A stretch of DNA of 32,000 nucleotides from Blochmannia endosymbiont of Camponotus nipponensis. Lineage in GTDB: Bacteria > Pseudomonadota > Gammaproteobacteria > Enterobacterales > Enterobacteriaceae. The notes under the pieces were generated by a model that ran no database searches, was not told where the DNA came from, and saw only the letters and a list, made by a program, of their open reading frames with translations. Of the stretch, positions 1 through 9,310 are shown piece by piece. The position numbers were made by a program, and so were the translations under genes. Position 1 is the stretch's first letter; each line of letters begins with the position of its first letter. Location of the stretch: assembly GCF_009827135.1 (NCBI RefSeq), contig NZ_CP046534.1:750001-782000 (forward strand), read 5' to 3'.

Positions 1-45
1 CTTCAGAAATATTACAGTGATCATTTTTTAGAGACGACAATATGA
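1..45 (+). CDS. possible 3' end of an upstream gene (rsxE/rnfE-like), partial at window edge
   Basis: Frame 1 is open from the window edge to TGA at 43-45 (LQKYYSDHFLETTI*). In E. coli, rsxE lies directly upstream of nth, and its C-terminal region (GKYLIDER, from memory) loosely resembles QKYYSDHF. Fourteen codons are too few to be sure. Confidence 0.2.
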   Translation, partial: LQKYYSDHFLETTI

Positions 46-112
46 AAATATTTAATGAAAAAATTTTTTGCAACTATTTTTATAGGCCATTATAAAAGAT
101 AAACCGATATTA

Positions 113-754
113 ATGAATCATATTAAAAGATATCAGATTTTATGTAAATTACGAGATAATGATGTTGATCCATCTATTGAATTAGTTTATCGATCGGAAT
201 TTGAGTTGTTAATTGCAGTATTACTTTCAGCTCAAACAAATGATATCCAAGTGAACAAAGTAACAGAGAATTTATTTAAGATAGCTAATACACCAAAAAG
301 TATGTTGCGTTTAGGGATAAATGGGATCAAAAACTATATTAAATCTCTCGGTTTGTATAATACTAAAGCTAAAAATATTATTAAAAGTTGTCATGTGTTA
401 ATAGAACATTATAACGGCGTACTACCATCGAATCGTGTTGAATTAGAGTCTTTACCTGGAGTTGGACGTAAAACTGCTAATATTATTTTAAACTTAATTT
501 TTGGCCGGCCTACAATTGCAGTGGATAGACATGTATTTAGATTTTGTAATCGTAGTCGTTTTGCATTAGGAAAAAATGTTTTGTCTGTAGAAAAGAAATT
601 ATTATCGGTAGTTCCAAAAGAATTTAAGAATAATTGTCATCAGTGGCTAGTGTTGCATGGCAAGAATGTTTGTCAAGCTAAACGTCCGAATTGTCGCGTT
701 TGCGTGATTAAAGATTTATGTGAATTTAAAGAAAAACAAATTTATATAATATAA
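113..754 (+). CDS. nth: endonuclease III (DNA glycosylase/AP lyase)
   Basis: 213 aa versus about 211 aa in E. coli Nth. It has the HhH-GPD motif LPGVGRKTAN, an AVDRHVFR segment, and a C-terminal 4Fe-4S ligand pattern C-x6-C-x2-C-x5-C (CQAKRPNCRVCVIKDLC). ATG start at 113. Confidence 0.95.
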   Translation: MNHIKRYQILCKLRDNDVDPSIELVYRSEFELLIAVLLSAQTNDIQVNKVTENLFKIANTPKSMLRLGINGIKNYIKSLGLYNTKAKNIIKSCHVLIEHYNGVLPSNRVELESLPGVGRKTANIILNLIFGRPTIAVDRHVFRFCNRSRFALGKNVLSVEKKLLSVVPKEFKNNCHQWLVLHGKNVCQAKRPNCRVCVIKDLCEFKEKQIYII

Positions 755-869
755 TATCATTATGTGATGGACATATTATTCATGGTGTAAAAAGTTTATG
801 TAATTTATATATATATCTTTCAAAAAATATAAATTAAGTTAAAAACATTCGTTTATTGTTTCATGGTGT

Positions 870-2153
870 TTATTCCCATTTGATTAAACAATGGTTTTTT
901 TTACCTCTTCTTAGTAACGTATAACGATCATATAATTTATCTGTGGCACAAAAAATATATTCTGTTATTAATTGTTTTTTTGAATTTATAGTAATACTAC
1001 CAGATGCAATTAATTCTCGTGCTTGTGATAAAGAAGATACTAATTTAGATGCTACTAATGCTTTTTGTAAAGTAATACCTACTTTCAGTGATACGGTTGA
1101 TACACCATCTTGAAATAATTGGTCAAAATCATATAAAGTTAGTTCATGTATCTGTGCTGTAAAAAGATTTTTGGTGATTTTTTGAGCAATTTTTAATCCT
1201 TCTGTTCCGTGAACTAATCGAGTGATTTCTTCTGCTAATATACTTTGAGCTTGTGGTTTTGTATTTCTAATACTATCTTCTTTTTTTAATATATTAATTG
1301 TATCTATGTCGATACTAGTAAAGAATTTAATAAAACGATATACTTCTCTATCAGAAGAATTAATCCAGTATTGATAAAATTTATAAGGACTGGTTTTTTT
1401 TGCGTCTAACCATATTGTATGTTTTTCTGTTTTTCCAAATTTAGTATTGTCAGCCTTAGTAAGTAAAGGCATAGTAAGTCCATAAGTAGTTCTTTTATAT
1501 ACCCTACGTATCAAATCAATTCCCGAAATAATATTACCCCATTGATCAGAACCTCCAATTTGGAGTATTGCATTATATTTATTGTTTAAATGAGAAAAAT
1601 CATAACTTTGTAATAAATTATAAGAAAATTCAGTATAAGAGATTCCATGATTATTTTGTTGTAATCGCTTTTTTATAGCATCTTTATTTATCATGTTATT
1701 GACAGAAAAAAATTTACCAATATCTCTTAAAAAGGCTAAGAGTGATATAGAAGATAACCAGTCATAGTTATTAACTATACAAGCTTGAGAGTTTTGACTG
1801 CAAGAGAAATCTAAAAATAAAGATATTTGACATTTGATTTTTTCTACCCATTTTTGTACTGTATTAATTAAATTTAGTTTTCGCTCTGAATCTTTAAAAC
1901 TTGGATCTCCGATTAATCCAGTACCCCCTCCTATTAAAATTATAGGACGATGCCCAAATGTCTGAAATTTTCTTAAACATAATAATGGTACCAAATGTCC
2001 TATATGCAGGCTATCAGCTGTTGGATCAAACCCACAGTACAAAGTTATTGGTCTTGATATTAATGTTTTAATTAATGCTTTTTCATTTGTTATTTGTGCT
2101 ATTAAATCACGTTCGTATAAGTGCTGTATTATATTAATATTTTTATTATTCAT
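870..2153 (-). CDS. tyrS: tyrosine--tRNA ligase
   Basis: 427 aa. Class I motifs are present: HIGH ([10 protein letters not shown]) and a KMSKS-type KFGKT. Similarity to E. coli TyrRS (424 aa) runs the full length, including the C-terminal S4-like domain. ATG start confirmed (cat at 2151-2153). Confidence 0.96.
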   Translation of the reverse strand: MNNKNINIIQHLYERDLIAQITNEKALIKTLISRPITLYCGFDPTADSLHIGHLVPLLCLRKFQTFGHRPIILIGGGTGLIGDPSFKDSERKLNLINTVQKWVEKIKCQISLFLDFSCSQNSQACIVNNYDWLSSISLLAFLRDIGKFFSVNNMINKDAIKKRLQQNNHGISYTEFSYNLLQSYDFSHLNNKYNAILQIGGSDQWGNIISGIDLIRRVYKRTTYGLTMPLLTKADNTKFGKTEKHTIWLDAKKTSPYKFYQYWINSSDREVYRFIKFFTSIDIDTINILKKEDSIRNTKPQAQSILAEEITRLVHGTEGLKIAQKITKNLFTAQIHELTLYDFDQLFQDGVSTVSLKVGITLQKALVASKLVSSLSQARELIASGSITINSKKQLITEYIFCATDKLYDRYTLLRRGKKNHCLIKWE

Positions 2154-2273
2154 ACAAGTATAATTTTAATCAAACAAATGAGAAAATTTATATGTACTGA
2201 TAACATTAACATGTTATCTTGGTTGAGTATTTTTTTTAAATATATGCAAAATACACTAAAATCATGACGATAA

Positions 2274-2924
2274 TTAAGGAGACAAACGATAAATATACCA
2301 TGTACGTTTATGTCTTTGATATATAAATCGGTCATGTAGTCGATGCTTTCCTCCTTGCCAAAATTCTATACTATTTATATTAATTTTATATCCTCCCCAA
2401 AATTCAGGAAATGGTATTGTTTTATGGAAATAATTTTCCTTAAATTCTAAAAATTTGTTTTCTAGTACATTTTTAGAAGATATTACTTTAGACTGATGGG
2501 ATACCCATGTGCTTATTTGATTCCTTTTAGGACGTGTGTAAAAATGTTTCAAAATTTCTTGTTCTGAAAGTTTCTGAACAACTCCTGTTATTATTACTTG
2601 TTTATCTATAATATTCCAAAGAAAACATAAACTGACCTTTGGATTGTTGGTTAAATGTATAGACTTACGACTGCTGAGATTAGTATAAAATATCATCTCT
2701 GTATCAGTGAAATTTTTTAACAACACTATGCGTTGATAAGGCTGACCAGTATGATCCACTGTAGCTAAACACATTGCAGTAGGATCAGGTATTCTTGAAA
2801 AAATAGCTTGATGCAACCATATTGAAAATAACTTAATAGGTTGATCAGTTAAATTTGAACGACGTAATTCTCCAGATATATATTCTCGTCTGAGATTAGC
2901 AATGTCAGTTTTTTTTACCAGCAT
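2274..2924 (-). CDS. pdxH: pyridoxamine 5'-phosphate oxidase
   Basis: 216 aa. Blocks QPYQRIVLLK, FYTNLSSRK and EFWQGGKHRLHDRF..YQR are collinear with E. coli PdxH (218 aa). It sits next to tyrS, as in E. coli. Confidence 0.94.
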   Translation of the reverse strand: MLVKKTDIANLRREYISGELRRSNLTDQPIKLFSIWLHQAIFSRIPDPTAMCLATVDHTGQPYQRIVLLKNFTDTEMIFYTNLSSRKSIHLTNNPKVSLCFLWNIIDKQVIITGVVQKLSEQEILKHFYTRPKRNQISTWVSHQSKVISSKNVLENKFLEFKENYFHKTIPFPEFWGGYKININSIEFWQGGKHRLHDRFIYQRHKRTWYIYRLSP

Positions 2925-3245
2925 ATAGTACGTGTTGTTACTTCCTTTTATAAAGATAAAAACATATTTTTATGTTGTTACTTAAAATAAAAACAATATT
3001 ATCAAGTAAATAGTAATAATTTTATGGATTATAACAATCACTTATAATTATATATATTGTATGAAAGTATTCAAATACATATCTGTATGTAATTAGTAAA
3101 AGGTTTACATTATCAAATTAATTAAATGTGATGTATGTATTAGGCTGATTTGTAATATATGCATTTTATAAAATATTTTCAAAACACTACATTAATTTAC
3201 TTATGACTATTTATAGATAATGTTTTCATAATATGTGAAGAATTT

Positions 3246-3680
3246 TTAATTTTTATTATGTAAATTTATAATATTTTTTTCTAATTTAGAAATAATATTA
3301 TTTAAGAGAATTATTTCCTCACGACTAATTCCGCTAAATATTTCACTTCTAGTAATAGCAATAACATGATTTACTTCATTAATAATAGGTCTAGCACTAT
3401 CAGTTAACTTGATTCGTTTAGCTCGTCTATCATTAGTGCAAGTATGCCTTATAATTAACATTTTTTCCTCAAGTTGATCTAGTGTTCGCACTAAAGATGG
3501 TTGTTCTATTCCTATAGCTTTTGCTAATTGAATTTGGGACTGTTCCGGAGGTAATTGACAAATATTATGCAATGTAATCCAATGTGTTTGTGTTAGCTTC
3601 AAAGGTTTTAAACGATGATCAATTAAAGCGCGCCATATCCTTACAAGACGTGCCAAATCTGATCCTAATGGTGATTCCAA
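3246..3680 (-). CDS. slyA: MarR-family transcriptional regulator SlyA
   Basis: 144 aa. The N-terminus [27 protein letters not shown] and the block [25 protein letters not shown] are nearly identical to E. coli/Salmonella SlyA. The start codon is TTG (caa at 3678-3680 on the + strand), preceded by AAGGAAAG. Confidence 0.93.
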   Translation of the reverse strand: MESPLGSDLARLVRIWRALIDHRLKPLKLTQTHWITLHNICQLPPEQSQIQLAKAIGIEQPSLVRTLDQLEEKMLIIRHTCTNDRRAKRIKLTDSARPIINEVNHVIAITRSEIFSGISREEIILLNNIISKLEKNIINLHNKN

Positions 3681-3801
3681 TTTTTTTCTTTCCTTATAAT
3701 TAATTCTTTTTATATTTGAATATTTTATTTGATTCTAAATAATTAGATGATTATTTAGAAGTTTATTTACAGGCATAACCATACCCATCTAATTTAATAA
3801 T

Positions 3802-3851
3802 ATAAACTGTGATTGTGTATTATTTGTAAATAATACACAATCACAGTTTAT
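3802..3851. repeat. perfect inverted repeat, 24-bp arms with a 2-nt centre
   Basis: ATAAACTGTGATTGTGTATTATTT-GT-AAATAATACACAATCACAGTTTAT. The arms are exact reverse complements (checked base by base). It lies in the 822-bp slyA-rnt divergent spacer. Confidence 0.9.
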
Positions 3852-4502
3852 CAATTAGATAAGTTATTATGTATTATTCAATTTATTAAAGTATAACATA
3901 CATTTATTATTATATGGAAACTATTTTTAATACAAGTATTAAAAATAATCTTTTAAACGATATATACCCATATAAAACATATATAAGTGTAAAATTATTA
4001 ATAGTTATTTAAAAATTTTTGGGCATATATTGCATATATATCAACATAACAAACTAACATTGAACTGATAAATTTAAATTTTTAAGAAGTATACTATTTT
4101 TTAAAAAAAGTTGATATTTGTTTATTTCTTTTTTTTTGAAAATTAACAAATATACTTTTACACATTTGTTATTATATAAATTATTGCAATTTTTACTATT
4201 TTTTAGTGTATTTGTAGTAATCCAATATAATTGTCTAACCAGTTAAGAATATTTAATCAACAGACAAATAATAATTATTAATATATTTAACTATGTTAAA
4301 ATCAGTAAATTTTTATATTTAAAGTTTTATCGATTATATAAATATCCTTAGCCAAATAAGTATTCTTCTTTTTAAGAAAATTGTTTATTATTTTAATAAA
4401 AATATCAAATTATAATTTTTGAAAAAATAAATTGTAAAAATATATATTAATTTATGATAATATAACTGTGTGTATATGTAATATATATTATTCATTATAA
4501 AT

Positions 4503-5162
4503 ATGATTTGTAAAGATGATCAAAATACTCTTCGAGCACGCTTTCGTGGATTTTATCCGGTTGTAATTGATGTAGAAACAGCGGGGCTTAATGCTAATAC
4601 TGACGCTTTACTAGAGATCGCTGTTATTACGCTTAAAATGGATGAATATGGATGGTTATGTATTGACAGTGCTCTTAATTTTCATATTCAAATATTTCCT
4701 GGAGCTGTTATTCAACCAGAATCGTTAATATTCAATGGGATTGATTTAAATAATCCTTTACGTACTACAGTAACAGAACAAGAAGCATTACATGAAATTT
4801 TCAAAATGGTACATCAGGGCATTGAAAATCAAAAATGTAGTCGCGCTATTATTGTAGCACATAATGCTTTTTTTGATCATAGTTTTTTAATGGCAGCAGT
4901 GGAACGTACAAGTGTTATGAAAAACCCATTTCATCCTTTTGTTATGTTCGATACTGCTACTTTAAGTGGATTAGTATTTGGACAAACCGTATTAGCTAAA
5001 GCATGCGCGTGTGCGGGCGTTTTTTTTGATAAAAATAAAGCACATTCTGCGTTGTATGATACTGAGCGAACTGCAATGTTATTTTGTGAATTGGTAAATA
5101 AATGGAAAAGACTTGGTGGTTGGCCATTATCTACTGATTGCAAAAAGTCTTCATGTTACTAA
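4503..5162 (+). CDS. rnt: ribonuclease T (DEDDh 3'-5' exoribonuclease)
   Basis: 219 aa. [16 protein letters not shown] (Exo I), [11 protein letters not shown] (Exo II) and [11 protein letters not shown] (Exo III) are collinear with E. coli RNase T (215 aa), and the C-terminal [10 protein letters not shown] is conserved. Confidence 0.95.
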   Translation: MICKDDQNTLRARFRGFYPVVIDVETAGLNANTDALLEIAVITLKMDEYGWLCIDSALNFHIQIFPGAVIQPESLIFNGIDLNNPLRTTVTEQEALHEIFKMVHQGIENQKCSRAIIVAHNAFFDHSFLMAAVERTSVMKNPFHPFVMFDTATLSGLVFGQTVLAKACACAGVFFDKNKAHSALYDTERTAMLFCELVNKWKRLGGWPLSTDCKKSSCY

Positions 5163-5314
5163 AATTTAGTAATCTGTAGTTTTTATTATGGTAAAAATCA
5201 AACATTTAGACATAATCATATTTATAAGCATCAGTTCAATATACTTATACAGAGTAAGTTACCAGACTTATTTGTATGTCTGATAGCATTTTAAAAAAAT
5301 ATAAAAATATTTGA

Positions 5315-5644
5315 CTATAATTTATTTTTTAGTTTAACGTGATCGATTAAAATTTTTAGTTTGCCGCTGCGATTCATATTAATTATTATATCAGCACCAC
5401 CTATTAATTTTCCTTCCACCCATAACTGAGGAAAGGTAGGCCAATTGGAGAATATTGGTAAAGCATATCTAATACTTGTATGCACTAATACGTCGACATA
5501 AAAAAAAGATTGTACGTAAGTGGATAATATTTGAGCAGCTTTTGACGAAAAACCACATCTAGGAATACTCGGAGTACCTTTCATATATAAAACGATAGGG
5601 TTTTTTTCTATTTGATTTTTGATTATTTCTATTTCATTATTCAT
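5315..5644 (-). CDS. grxD: monothiol glutaredoxin (Grx4 type)
   Basis: 109 aa with the CGFS active-site motif (PRCGFSSKA) and the WPTFPQLWV..GG block typical of GrxD/YdhD. Confidence 0.92.
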   Translation of the reverse strand: MNNEIEIIKNQIEKNPIVLYMKGTPSIPRCGFSSKAAQILSTYVQSFFYVDVLVHTSIRYALPIFSNWPTFPQLWVEGKLIGGADIIINMNRSGKLKILIDHVKLKNKL

Positions 5645-5790
5645 GTTTTTATTTATATTAAAAAGTTTTAATTATATTAAATAAATGTAACTATGTGAAT
5701 TGCTTTATATCAATGCTAACAAATAAAAATATTTAATATTTAAAATCAGCTCTCCTCAAATTAGTATATATCAACTTGCATATATACATT

Positions 5791-6435
5791 TTATAATTTT
5801 TCACAAAAAATATTATTTTTTTTTGAATTAATAATTGATAATCTGTTATCAACAGCGTTGATAACAGATTTAATGATAATGTCAACTTCAATGTTTACTA
5901 TATTACCGATTTGTTTGTCCCCCAGTGTTGTTTTTGTTGCAGTATAGGGGGTTAAACAAATACGTATATAATTATTAAGTGTTTTACTCACCGTGAGACT
6001 TACTCCATCTACACCAATTGATCCTTGTTGTAAAATATATTTTTGAAAGTATTTTTTTTTTATGCTAAACCATATTATTTTATTGTTTTTTGAAATAATT
6101 ATTTTTATAATTTTTCCGGTACAATCAATGTGGCCGGTCATTAAGTGTCCACCAATTTCAGAATGATAACATAGGGATCTTTCTATATTAATTAAATCTC
6201 CTACTTTTAACATACCCATATTAGTTAATTTTAATGTTTCATGTATTACATTGAAACTAATCAAGTTATATTTTATGGCAATAACTGTCAAACAACACCC
6301 ATTATTCGATATAGAACAACCAATTTTTAAATTTGAGAGCAAATGCGTAGGTAATATAATTATATATGTTTTTAAATTGGTTGATTCATAAATCGCATGA
6401 ATAGGAACAACAGCTTGTATAATACCTGAAAACAT
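5791..6435 (-). CDS. ribE: riboflavin synthase (alpha chain)
   Basis: The ORF-track start at 6465 is a GTG that adds 10 residues. The ATG at 6435 gives MFSGIIQ, matching E. coli RibC/RibE MFTGIVQ. NGCCLTV and GGHLMTGHID are conserved, and the two lumazine-binding repeats are visible. 214 aa. Confidence 0.92.
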   Translation of the reverse strand: MFSGIIQAVVPIHAIYESTNLKTYIIILPTHLLSNLKIGCSISNNGCCLTVIAIKYNLISFNVIHETLKLTNMGMLKVGDLINIERSLCYHSEIGGHLMTGHIDCTGKIIKIIISKNNKIIWFSIKKKYFQKYILQQGSIGVDGVSLTVSKTLNNYIRICLTPYTATKTTLGDKQIGNIVNIEVDIIIKSVINAVDNRLSIINSKKNNIFCEKL

Positions 6436-6678
6436 ATTTTCAAATACTATTATGTAGTATATCACATTATATTTAATAATTAGTATAACATATCTCTATT
6501 TTGTATTAAATATAACTTTAAGAGATTTGTTCTTAAGGTAAAACCGACTTTTATAATACAAGATATCTGTAAAAAAATTGACGCATGATAAAATCACATG
6601 TATGTTAGTATTAATAGGTGTATATAATTTAATTATTTTTATATAAAATATGTTGTTTAAATTTTAAGTTCATAAATA

Positions 6679-6706
6679 ATGACAAATGAGTAATATATGG
6701 TAAACT
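6679..6706 (+). promoter_or_regulatory. candidate sigma70 promoter for tRNA-Val
   Basis: ATGACA (6679-6684), a 16-nt spacer, then TAAACT (6701-6706), about 35 nt upstream of the tRNA. An alternative is TTGACG (6578-6583), 17 nt, TATGTT (6601-6606). Hexamer matches have low specificity in sequence this AT-rich. Confidence 0.2.
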
Positions 6707-6739
6707 CAATAAGTTAGTGATCGTCGTATTGTGAAGTGT

Positions 6740-6813
6740 GCGTTCTTAGCTCAGTTGGTTAGAGCACTACCTTGACATGGTAGAGGTCGATGGTTCAAGT
6801 CCATTAGAACGCA
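6740..6813 (+). tRNA. valV: tRNA-Val (anticodon GAC)
   Basis: I folded the cloverleaf by hand. The acceptor is GCGTTCT/AGAACGC plus discriminator A, and the D arm is GCTC/GAGC. The anticodon stem is CTACC/GGTAG with loop TTGACAT. The T arm is GATGG/CCATT with loop TTCAAGT. It is near-identical to E. coli tRNA-Val(GAC). CCA is not encoded. Confidence 0.95.
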
Positions 6814-7130
6814 TTAGTTATAATTGCAATATAAAGAATGAAAATTATAATAAGATTCTTTTATCTCTAATATAGAAATTAAAAATAAATATATTTTTAA
6901 TATTACTGTATTTAATAAAATTAAATTTTTTATTTTATGAAAATGGGGTATTTTTGTCACAAAATTATGATAAAAAGTATAACTGTTATAACCACATGAT
7001 TTATTCAACATAATTAAATATAATTCGGTAGAATATTTTTTTAAATATACCGAACAAATAATTGTTCTATCAATGTATGTATTTTTATAAAATGCAGTTT
7101 AAATATATTTAATATAGGAGAATGTTACAA

Positions 7131-7367
7131 ATGAATCGTGATAGATTAATATGTTTTTCAATTATTTTAAGTTCTTTTGCGTTAATTAGTTGCGCAAGTA
7201 CAACTAAAATAAAAGAGTTGTCTTCTGAAGTACATGATTTAAATGAAAGAATTGATCAGATAAGTAGTGATGTCGACATTTTACGTCCAGAAATAGAAAA
7301 AACTAAAAATGAAGCAGCACGAGCTAATCAACGCATCGATAATCAAATTACCTCTTATCATAAGTAA
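7131..7367 (+). CDS. lpp: major outer-membrane (Braun) lipoprotein
   Basis: It has a signal peptide with lipobox L-I-S-C and heptad-repeat helices. AARANQRIDN matches E. coli AARANQRLDN, and the C-terminal Lys is kept. ATG 7131 gives 78 aa, as in E. coli, with GGAG (7117-7120) 10 nt upstream. The ORF-track ATG at 7122 sits only 1 nt from that SD. Confidence 0.9.
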   Translation: MNRDRLICFSIILSSFALISCASTTKIKELSSEVHDLNERIDQISSDVDILRPEIEKTKNEAARANQRIDNQITSYHK

Positions 7368-7471
7368 GATAATACAATGTAAAGTAAAAAATATAATATA
7401 TCTAAAATGATTTTAGATTATAAAAAATAATTTATGTAGTTATTGGTATTAAAATAAAAAATAAAACATAG

Positions 7472-7553
7472 AGAGAAGCATATATTTAATTCTCAAAAAA
7501 AAATCTGCTGAATTCAGCAGATTTTTTTTTGAGAATTAAATATATGCTTCTCT
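7472..7553. terminator. bidirectional intrinsic terminator embedded in an 82-bp perfect palindrome
   Basis: 7472-7512 is the exact reverse complement of 7513-7553. The core is A9-ATCTGCTGAATTCAGCAGAT-T9, giving a hairpin plus U-tract on either strand. It lies between the convergent lpp (+) and sufE (-). Confidence 0.8.
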
Positions 7554-7623
7554 TAATTTTCAATGACAATGACACAACATGACATTTATTATATTTAATA
7601 ATACATACCAATTACAGTAAAAA

Positions 7624-8067
7624 CTATAATTTATATAAATCATTAGCCTGAGAATGTATAGAATCTAATATTAAATATATTCCCTGAGATCGAGAGATAG
7701 TTAGATTTTGTTTTAACTGTAATTGATTTATTAAAAAAGGTTTAACATCAAGATTAGTGGCTTCTTGTAAACTTAATCCTTGATATAAACTAAATATTAT
7801 AGTGATAATTCCTTTAACAATAGAAGAATCACTATATCCGTGCAATTTTATTAAATCATTACCATTATGAGGCTCTAAATAAGTAGTCAAGGCTATCCAT
7901 GTTTTGTTTTGGCAACCAGATATCAAATACTTCTGTATTCGCATATTTTCTGGAAATTCAGGTAATAGTTTTCCAAGATCAATTATATATATATATTTTT
8001 CTTCCCAATTTATACAACTTAAGAAATTTTTTAACAATTGAGTTTTTGTTGGAAAATTTATTATCAT
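7624..8067 (-). CDS. sufE: cysteine desulfuration protein SufE
   Basis: 147 aa. NWEEKYIYIIDLG and the sulfur-acceptor Cys motif SGCQNKTW match E. coli SufE, as does TISRSQG near the C-terminus. It is the last gene of the suf operon. Confidence 0.93.
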   Translation of the reverse strand: MIINFPTKTQLLKNFLSCINWEEKYIYIIDLGKLLPEFPENMRIQKYLISGCQNKTWIALTTYLEPHNGNDLIKLHGYSDSSIVKGIITIIFSLYQGLSLQEATNLDVKPFLINQLQLKQNLTISRSQGIYLILDSIHSQANDLYKL

Positions 8068-8086
8068 ATTTTCAATAAAATTATTA

Positions 8087-9310
8087 TTAATTCAACAAAC
8101 ATTGTACTTGCACTAATCCATCTGCTAAACGATCTATATCTTCTTTGTTTGTATACATAGCTAATGATGCACGACACATACCTGGTACTTTAAAATAATT
8201 CATAGTAGGTATAGCACAATGATGTCCTGTACGTATAGCAATACCATATTGATTCAATAACATTCCAACATCATATGAATGATGTATTCCTAAATTAAAA
8301 GCAATGATACCAACTCGTGTACTTGGTCCATATAAGATCAGATCTGGAATATTTTTTAATATATCTACAGCATAATGTATTAGTTGATCTTCATAAGCAT
8401 AAATTTTATTAACTCCTATTGTATTAATGTATTTGATAGCATTACCTAAACCTATGATACCGCTGATATTAGGAGAACCTGACTCAAATTTCCAAGGTGG
8501 ATCTATAAATTTTGTGCCTTGAGTTAAACTTACATTTTCAACTATTCCACCTCCTACAATCCAAGGAGGCATTTTTTGAAGTAATTTTTTTTTTCCATAC
8601 ATAACACCAATACCAGAAGGTCCATATATTTTATGTCCAGAAAATACATAAAAATCACAATCTAACTTCTGTACATCTACTGTTTGATGAACAATGCCTT
8701 GTGCACCATCTATTAATATCAAAGTATCACTGTTTTTTCGAGCTGTACTGATAATTTCTGTCAATGGATTAATGGTGCCTAAAACATTAGACACATGTGA
8801 TATTGACAAGAGCCGAGTACGATGATCTATAATTTTTGATAAACTAGATACATCTAATGTACCATTAGGAGTTAATGGTATATAACGTAGTATAATTTTT
8901 TTATGTTTTTCTAACATTTGCCATGGAATAATATTAGCATGATGTTCCATTTCGCTAATAATAATATTATCTCCATAATTTATAAAATTATGCCCCCAAC
9001 TATTAGCAATTAGGTTAATAGCTTCAGTAGTACTTTTGACAAAAACAATTTCTTCTTTAGATGCATTAATAAAATCAGCTATATGTGAACGTATTGTTTC
9101 CATTTGATTGGTTGATTCAGTACTCAAAGTATGAATACCTCTATGTACAGCAGCATATTCATTACGATAATATTGAGTTTGTGAGTCAATGACAACATTC
9201 GGTTTCTGAGCAGATGCGGCACTATCAAGATAAGTCAGAGGATATTGATTAATAATACGTTTTAATATAGGAAAATCCGATCTAATTTCTTCTATAGGAT
9301 ATAGTATCAT
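8087..9310 (-). CDS. sufS: cysteine desulfurase SufS (PLP-dependent)
   Basis: 407 aa (E. coli 406). It has the PLP-lysine block [13 protein letters not shown] and the active-site RTGHHCA. The start overlaps the sufD stop as ATGA. Confidence 0.96.
   Translation of the reverse strand: MILYPIEEIRSDFPILKRIINQYPLTYLDSAASAQKPNVVIDSQTQYYRNEYAAVHRGIHTLSTESTNQMETIRSHIADFINASKEEIVFVKSTTEAINLIANSWGHNFINYGDNIIISEMEHHANIIPWQMLEKHKKIILRYIPLTPNGTLDVSSLSKIIDHRTRLLSISHVSNVLGTINPLTEIISTARKNSDTLILIDGAQGIVHQTVDVQKLDCDFYVFSGHKIYGPSGIGVMYGKKKLLQKMPPWIVGGGIVENVSLTQGTKFIDPPWKFESGSPNISGIIGLGNAIKYINTIGVNKIYAYEDQLIHYAVDILKNIPDLILYGPSTRVGIIAFNLGIHHSYDVGMLLNQYGIAIRTGHHCAIPTMNYFKVPGMCRASLAMYTNKEDIDRLADGLVQVQCLLN

Noticed and set aside
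2199-2218. 8-bp hairpin GATAACAT-TAAC-ATGTTATC downstream of pdxH, with similar short AT-rich hairpins after kdsA (23086-23101) and lplA (13631-13646)
   Set aside because: None is followed by a U-tract on the transcribed strand, and the stems are short and AT-rich. This is not enough to call terminators.
2150-2335. 61-aa ORF spanning the tyrS-pdxH spacer and the pdxH 3' end
   Set aside because: It overlaps the pdxH C-terminus out of frame. The product is a hydrophobic, AT-codon-driven sequence with no SD.
3808-3845. TGTGA ... TCACA half-sites inside the 3802-3851 palindrome, considered as a possible CRP site
   Set aside because: The half-sites are separated by about 28 nt rather than the 6 nt a CRP dimer requires.
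4931-5143. 70-aa ORF antisense to rnt
   Set aside because: It is embedded in the conserved 3' part of rnt and has no independent signals. It is a shadow ORF.
6814-7011. 65-aa intergenic ORF downstream of tRNA-Val (minus strand)
   Set aside because: The product is rich in Ile, Asn, Lys, Tyr and Phe, as expected from random AT-rich DNA. It has no SD or homology, and it abuts the tRNA 3' end.
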